From Lobosporangium transversale (Eukaryota), in contig NW_019028990.1 in NCBI RefSeq assembly GCF_002105155.1, positions 682,001-746,000 of the forward strand: 64,000 bases of DNA, written 5' to 3'. The number at the start of each line of letters is the position of its first letter. Within the stretch, counting starts at the first letter, position 1. Positions 53,146-64,000 of the stretch are shown here, one piece after another. The notes beneath the pieces are model-generated. The model saw only the letters and a list, made by a program, of their open reading frames with translations. It did no database searches and was not told the DNA's origin. The position numbers and the translations under genes are program-made.

Positions 53146-55108
53146 TTAGAAGGAGCCCCTTTTATCATCTAACGCGTCTTGGATTGCCACTTCAGCTACG
53201 GCCACTATTCGCATTCGACTCAAGCGCCGTTCGTGCAACATAATCAGTACACTTGGTACTATCGCAGCTATGCACCCAAGCGCCATCCCTGTGCCTACTA
53301 CCCAGCCTGGTCGCACATGGTAGCTCATGCCCCACATGAACCCACATAAGATCTCTTGCACCAAAGAGTTGACATTGAACGAGCCTACAATGAGGCAAAA
53401 CCGTGAAGGGCTGATAATCAGATCAGTCGGTGATCTACTTAGCCCTATGGCTGGCTTTGAGGTTGATGGTGGCTGTGACAACTCTGACTCTTCTGGCTGA
53501 GGTTCAGGAGAGAAAAAATCGACAGGCTCGATACCTGATGGCATTGTGTATGTGTACCAAGGCCATGCTTTCTGAAGGCGTTCTTGCTGCTGCAAAAGTC
53601 GCTCCTGCTGTTTATCGACCCAATCCATTTGCTCTAACGTGAGTGATGGTGGCATAAAAAGTTGCGTTTGATCCTCTGTTAAACTTTTATTATGGCCAAA
53701 GGAGTCGTCATCGTGCACAACAAAAGTGCGTGGTACGCCTGTTTCCGTAGTCATTGTCATGGACATTGTCCTGGCTCTACCCCTGGAAAATGCCCGTTTC
53801 ATTGACATTCTAGACAATGAGGTATATGAAGACCCTCTGTCAAGTCTTCGCCTAGCTTGAGACACTGGCGATCCTCTGGAGCCCATTGATTGTGATGCTA
53901 CACCTGTGTCCAAGGATAGTTGTTGAAGCGGCTCAGAGCAAGAGTTTTCTCCCGTTTCGACATTTACAGATGTGGGGAGGAACGGCAGGATAACCGAGTG
54001 CACCACACGGTGAGTTTCTTCTGCCAGCAGTAAATTCAGGAATTCCTCCGTAATATTAACTTGATCTGGAGTTCTGGATGTGGCTACAACTGAATTGTCG
54101 CATGAATGTTTTGGCTTGTCCCTATCAGCATTTGCAAGGTGTTGTAATGGGGCGCTGGATTCCAAGCTCGTTCCTTGGGCGCTGTAATCCCTGGTATTCT
54201 CATAGTCAATATATGCTCGATAGGGATCGACCTGATGACTTTTAGGGTTTGAAATTGACTTGGACCGAGGCCCTGCCCTGTCAATGAAGCTCTCTGACGA
54301 TTTTCGGGAAGCTTTTGCAGACATTGGTGTCGGTAAAAGAGCACCTTCATTTAAATAGCCCAGTTTTTTCTGACGCTCACGGCCATAGTCAGGGAAGCAA
54401 AAATAAAAATCCAGCATCCTTAAGAGTTCCTTTCGACGCTCATTCTTGTTGGACATAGTGGCTCCATCCCTATCATTGTTCCCGTTGAGAAATCGGCTGA
54501 CGAAATGGTTCCTAAGTTTTTTATCTTCTGTCCAAATGCGGTATCCACGAATGAGACCCAAGAATCGTTTTGGATGCACAGGAACATTGGCCAGAGTAAA
54601 AAACCCGTTTAAGACTTGAGAGGCAATTTCAATCCAGAGCTTTTGTGTGGCATCATCTCTGAGCTTGGCCAAGTTCCCCATTAAAAGTACCAGAAATGCA
54701 CCCCACACCACAACTGAGAAGCAACAAAAAAAAATGAAGAAGTTCAGCGGGGACTTGATTATCAGACGGCAACCATCTTTAAAATACTGGCTCCATGGTG
54801 TATTACGAACCCAGTAGCGGAGAGAGAAACGCTTTTGTTGACCCACAGTCTTGATTTTCTTTTTCTAGAGTGCATGCATGGGTGCTTACATCAATAAAAT
54901 ATCAGCAATAATTAAGCCAAAAAAGAAAAAGAGCTCAACAAACCACTATATTAGATTGATGCATTACTGGTAGAGGCGACTGATTTACTTCGTTCCGATA
55001 GTCATCATCATTGTCATGAATGCTAAGAGCATTGTCGGAGAGAGGACGCTTGATGGCAGGGTGATAATCGATAGACCTCTGGTCTCCTACATGCCTTGAG
55101 TCCGCCAT
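53146..55108 (-). CDS. DUF2985-type multi-pass membrane protein, ~627 aa, 2 exons
   Basis: Exon 55108-54944 joins 54864-53146 in phase 0. VVVWGAFLVLL...LWIEIASQVLNGFFTLANVPVHPKR and NSLVQEILCGFMWGMSYHVRPGW match the DUF2985 pattern (recalled). Confidence 0.78.
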
Positions 55109-55430
55109 TATATGATTGTATTCTACTCTTAACTCTCGAAAGGAAAAAATAACCTTGTTACAGGAATGTTTTTGTTTTGTATTTTGACACACTTTCAAGA
55201 TGACCAGTTAATTAGAAAGCTCTTTTTCTTGTAGAATGTAATTTAAGATCTTTTAGGAATGGCTACATCAGAACAAGGAAAAGTGAAATGAACTATATGG
55301 ATCTAAGATAAGACGGAGAGAGACAAAGCGAAGGGTGCGATCGAGATCCAAGTGAAGTAAATGTTGAATGGTTTAATATGTCCTATCGTTACTGCCCTTT
55401 CGCAAAAACAGCCCAAGAGCATGAAAAATA

Positions 55431-58930
<3,500 letters not shown>

Positions 58931-58934
58931 TTGG

Positions 58935-58966
<32 letters not shown>

Positions 58967-59349
58967 GTGTCTGCTCCAAGCTAGATATAATGAAGTCTTT
59001 TTCTTTTTTTTTTTTTTTTTCTTGCAAATCAACAAAAAAAAAAAGAATGAAGTTTTTGCAATCCTTTTTAAAAGATTTAAAGTTCTTAATCTCATTTAGT
59101 GGCAAAGCTTGTTTCATTTCCATTCCCAAGCCACTCATACTCCACATACCACACACAGTTTGCCCGCTAAAAAAACAGTGCCTGGTCTGAACAAACGGCT
59201 TTAATGGCGTGGGAGAACAGGGAACGGAGGTCTTTTCCTTTTATTCTTCTCTTTCTATTACTGACCCTGCTTCCTTCTTCCTCATTCATTCATTTCTCCT
59301 TGTTGCTCTTTCCTATTCTTGTCTTTCATTTTCAGTAGTCTAACTAACT
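58931..59349. promoter_or_regulatory. Probable bidirectional promoter, RecQ helicase/PUDP-like (419 bp)
   Basis: Head-to-head arrangement, with poly(A)/poly(T) tracts and a CT-rich leader on the + side. Confidence 0.5.
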
Positions 59350-59894
59350 ATGACTAGGCCTTCTCCTGTAACAGAAGCTCATGCTCTGGAAGCATCTCCA
59401 GCGTACCGCATTACCTACTGCATCTTTGACATGGATGGGTTGCTCATCAACACCGAGACCCTTTACACAGAAATCACTTGTAAGAAAGCATTCTCTATCT
59501 TATACTTCAAACGTCCATGCACTATCACTTTCATATTTTATTCGCTACCAGACCACAGGATTTTTGTCTGTTTATTGATTGAAAAATGAGGCTAAGTAAA
59601 AGACATTTTTAACGAAACACGTTATTGTCAATGCCTTAGTTGTACTCATTTTAGATATTGTCGCATTCGTATCTCCATTGTTAATTTTTTTTTTACGTTT
59701 AAATGAAACATATTCAGTTACTGCGGTCAATTGTTAACTGGAGTCCTTTGTCTAAAATGTCATCATATTTCTACATAGCTGAAATATTGGGACGCTATGG
59801 TAAAAAATATGATTATGAGCTCAAGGCGAAGTTGATGGGTCTTCGTGAGAAAGAGGTAATAGTTCTACCAGACTTCGGACTGGTTTTTTTTTTT

Positions 59895-59927
<33 letters not shown>

Positions 59928-60752
59928 CTTTTAGATCAACTGACGCCGCTCCATTTCGGTAAACTTTTTAGTCTGCGGCAATCCTTGTCAGAGAATCAGG
60001 TGCAGATATGACTCCAGAAGAGTACTTGCATGAACGCCATCTTTTACAGTTGGAGCGATTTCCACACTGTGTGCCCTTGCCCGGTGTAATGGTAAAAATC
60101 TCCAAATCTTACTATCAATAAGACACGGTATTGCGATGAATGTAGATTTAACTTGATCTAAATTGCTTGACTTTATCGTCATCTCTCTCTCTTTTTTTTT
60201 TTTTTTTTTTTTTTTTAACAGCGCTTGATCAAGCATTTGAAAGAGAGCAAGGTCCCAATTGCAGTAAGTGAATATATTTTAAAAAGAGTGCTCCATATGT
60301 CTGTATTTCTCTCTATTGCCTAAGTAACTTAGTTGGCTTTTTTTATATTATTATCTTCATGGCAAACAAAGGTTGCAACATCATCATATCGCAAAAACTT
60401 CGATTTAAAGTCAATGAACAATCAGGAACTGTTTACTCTGTTTGATGTCATTGTCTGTGGCGATGATCCAGCAATCCACCATGGAAAACCTAACCCGGAC
60501 ATCTTCTTCGTGGCAAAGGATCGTTTGGAGAAGCATTTTGGGCATGAAAACATTCCAAACGAGGAATGCCTTGTCTTTGAAGATTCCCCTATCGGAGTTC
60601 AGGCGGGAATGAATGCGTCGATGAAAGTGCTATGGGTCCCAGACGAAAATATCGGACGACTATACCCAACCCTGGATGGACCCATTCTACGTCTCGAATC
60701 TTTGGAGCAGTTTGATCCTACTTTCTTCGGACTTCCTCCTTTTAAAGAGTAA
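59350..60752 (+). CDS. HAD-superfamily hydrolase, pseudouridine-5'-phosphatase (PUDP/HDHD1)-like, 249 aa, 5 exons
   Basis: Exons 59350-59479, 59779-59855, 59972-60091, 60222-60263, 60372-60752 in frame. CIFDMDGLLINTETLY, VATSS, GKPNPDIF, CLVFEDSPIGV, SLEQFDPTFFGLPPF. Confidence 0.9.
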
Positions 60753-60887
60753 AAAAAAAAACACATTTAGACTGGCACTTAAGGGCCAATTAGAGATATG
60801 GAAAACCTTGTATAATTCTTTTTCTTTTTGTGTGGCAAAATAAAACATTTAAACGAATGTATCGACCATGGCTCAGTTTCAACAATA

Positions 60888-63700
60888 ATGGAGGGCGACT
60901 TTAACGATGTTAATGACATGTCATTCATAATAGAGGGAGATGACGACATCGTCAGGAACCTAGACGATGATCACAATCAACCAATACCTGTCAACAACCA
61001 GCCGTCTGTTCAGCCACAGCCGGACCAATTATCACAGTCCCAGGATCAGGACTTTCAGAGTCAGGTTGGAGTGGTATTACGGCCAAGAAATGAAGCAAGC
61101 CATATGAATATTCCGCAGCCACGTTCCCAGGATATTGATGCAGAGGTGAACATCTCAACGGAGCACAACGTCAGCTAAAATGAATGATAAAAAAAAAAAA
61201 AAAAAAAATTACTAAGACAATACCACAGGATTCATCGAACTGCTCGATTTGTTTAGAACCATGGACTAACAGTGGTAATCATCGTCTGGTCTGTACCAAG
61301 TGTGGTCATCTCTTTGGCGAGAGGTATTTTTTTTTTTTTTTTTTTTTTATACCAGACATTCTTGGCCGGATGTAAAATCCAGAGTGCTCATATTTCTTTC
61401 TCTTTCTTGATTAGTTGTATCCTCAAATGGATAGCACAGGAGAATCGAAAAAATAATATAGCGAAATGCCCTGAATGCAAGTATGTCCTCTTTCAATAAG
61501 TTTTTTTATATCATTAATCATTTATTTTAGATATTCAGGCCTGATATTGATTATACACTTTCTGTTTACCAGCTATCCTGCGAAGCGCAAAGATTTACGA
61601 CGCATCTGGAGCAAATCCATCACTACACTAGATACAGCGGAGAGAGATGAGACTAATGCTCGTGCAAAGAGAGAACACGATATGAGGATACAATGTGAGC
61701 AGGAACTTGCACAATCCAGGATGGCATACGAAATGCTTAAGATTGAAATGAATAAACTTCAAAAGAAGCACGATCGCCAGAGATCGCTAAAAATGAGGTA
61801 AGAAAAAAATGTTTTTGATTCTTAAATGGAGCAGCAAAATGATATATAATGTAACAACATGGCTACATGATTACACGTTGTAAAATCTATTCCACAGGTA
61901 TCGAGCAGAATTGAACCAACTCAAACCCACACAGGTTGAAAAGGATATCGCGAAGCGATCTGCCTATGCATTTCGTAACGTTCTTGTTTTACGTACCATG
62001 GTAAGGCGTGCACCAGCTTCCTTTTTATCACGCTTATCATTGTCACTATCATGGACAAACATTGGTACGAATCCTTGAGCGCAGTCTAATTTGTACAATA
62101 CAAACAATGATCCATTCAAATTATTTCTGGTGCAATAGCCTTCAGGAATTCCATTTTACATGTCATATCGGCCGGATGAGGAGATGCTCGCTTGCTCGAG
62201 ATTTATGAATGGCGTGCATGGTCTTGCTAAAATATCAATGCGAGACTTCTCCAGCAGCCTCCATGACATTATCCCCATACATTCACAGCCTATCCGCGAC
62301 GTGCAGTGCTACACAAGCGATCCTACTCAAAATAAATCGTTGATCCTCACAACCAGTCAGGATAAGACGCTCAAAGTGACCTCGGCACTATCCAAACAAA
62401 CCGTTCTATCGTAAGAGCCTGATTTGCCATTGTTTTTAAAATGATCTTTACTAAACGCTTTATATTTCACAAAATCATCTTCCGGAAATGATTTTGCAAC
62501 TGATGGATCCAATGATCATTTTTCGATTTAAAAACAACCATATAGGTATGATCTGAAGGCACCGGGTTGGTCCTGCTGTTGGTCCACATTAGATTCGAAC
62601 ATTATGTATTGCTCAGTCCAGGCCAAGGAGAAGGTCCTGTCGTTCGATATACGAAATACAAAAGGGCCTGTGGCGTCGTTTGCTCCAACGAATCATCATT
62701 CTCCCATTCACTCTATGATCCATATTGGCCCAACAGAAACTCGGAAGCGAGAAGGCATTCTTTGTGGAAATTATGCTGGTCCCTTTGTGTATACCTTTGA
62801 GTCTAGCACAAAGACTGATACGTTTAGTCAAGGGTCTGTGGTCGGCGTAAGCGCTAATGAGGGATCAATTGCGGGAGAAGAAACTGCTAGCAATGAGGGC
62901 CGACAGGAACAGGATAGATCAAAATGGCCTACTTGTTCGTCAGTTTCATACAATCCCATTACTCGCCACTGGATGGCGTCGTACAAGTTCATTGAAAAGC
63001 CCTTCTTCACGCAGCATGTTAGGGGTGTCCTGGACTATGATGAGTCAAGTGGGGAATTGGGACTCAAAAAAGAATTCAAGGTCGCTGGTGGCGCTCCAGT
63101 CCCATGCATGTCGAGAACAACCGTGTTCTCGAGAAAGGATGGGTCCATCCACATGGCGGCGGGATCCATTGGCAAGGTGAAGACGATGTGTTTATTGGAA
63201 TAGCCCTTTTCGTTATTCTATTATTCACAGCGCGTGCTAATGTCTCCATGTTGTAACTTGTTTAGTCTTATATATGGTGTAGCGACTCAAAGTTAGAGAC
63301 ATCGAATGTTTTTGACGTAAGCTTGTCCCAGTTGTCCTCAGGTGATGATTCCGTTAAGCGTATTATACTTGAGCCTGAAAAACGCCATGCGTTTGGCCAT
63401 CAAGCTCAAGATCCTATTAAAGATATCAAGTCTGTCTTCGTTGGGGATAAGGAATATGTAACGACACTCTCGGATCGTCAAATTGTTTTCTATGAATGGT
63501 CAGAGACGCAGAAAGTCAATGAATTAGACTTGGAGGAATTTGATGACAGTGATGAGGACCAAGATATAGAAGAAATTGAAAGTGAAAGAGAAAAGGGCAA
63601 GAGGCGACGAATAGAGGTTAGGAGTATGAGTGACCAATCTAATATTGGATATATTGGGTCGCAGAGCTCTGGAGATCTAGATTATGCTACTGAAGATTAA
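60888..63700 (+). CDS. RFWD3: RFWD3-like E3 ubiquitin ligase (RING, coiled coil, WD40), ~694 aa, 8 exons
   Basis: Exons 60888-61145, 61229-61323, 61415-61480, 61573-61797, 61898-62000, 62139-62410, 62546-63176, 63266-63700 in frame. [38 protein letters not shown]...KCPECN; WD40 [37 protein letters not shown]. Confidence 0.88.
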
Positions 63701-64000
63701 AATTTACACAGCAGTTGTTGTGTATGTGGAGAGGGCAAATCGACTGGTTTGTATATCGGATCCTCCTTTGAGGGTGGATAGATAGAGTATGACAAAGAGG
63801 CATGAACAATGCCAATGCAAGATAAGATAACTCTGATAAAGTTGGGTCTGAAGTGAAATTCAATGGTATATATATATACATATATATATACAAATGTATG
63901 TTGTACAGTACATGATGGAAATAAAGCGAATGGAAGTGCATTTTATGCCTTTCTATCTTCCTTCCTCTCCCCCAAAAAATTATTTTTGAGGTTTGTGTAT

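Overview
Eukaryotic, intron-rich fungal DNA. Gene content and style (NoxR, velvet, HP1, RECQL5-like helicase, RFWD3, many poly(A)/poly(T) tracts) fit an early-diverging fungus such as Mortierellomycotina/Mucoromycota; this is an inference, not a database result. Manual splicing gives 21 protein-coding loci, and every complete spliced model closes its reading frame. Left part (1-40 kb) is gene-sparse, with mostly regulatory genes, several having CT-rich leaders and ~1-kb introns: partial Gds1-like winged helix, NoxR, a polyQ protein, HP1/Swi6, SYF2, a C2H2 TF, an inositol transporter, velvet and an NCS/CBL-like EF-hand protein. Right part (40.5-64 kb) is densely packed: Pga2-like, UBA4, PPIL4, NOSIP, a hidden glutaredoxin-fold gene, a C2H2 protein, Ctr-like, a single-pass membrane protein, DUF2985, RECQL5-like, PUDP-like and RFWD3-like. 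Highlights: (1) a 3-exon gene absent from the ORF track encoding a stand-alone glutaredoxin-like domain resembling the MDH1B/PPIL6 N-terminus; (2) a C2H2 TF whose start codon appears split by a 1-kb intron (AT|G; unspliced it reads ATG-TAA); (3) a RECQL5-type helicase with a KIX-like Pol II-binding module; (4) three GC-AG introns and a 13-nt microexon. No tRNA, rRNA, CRISPR or intact transposon was recognised.
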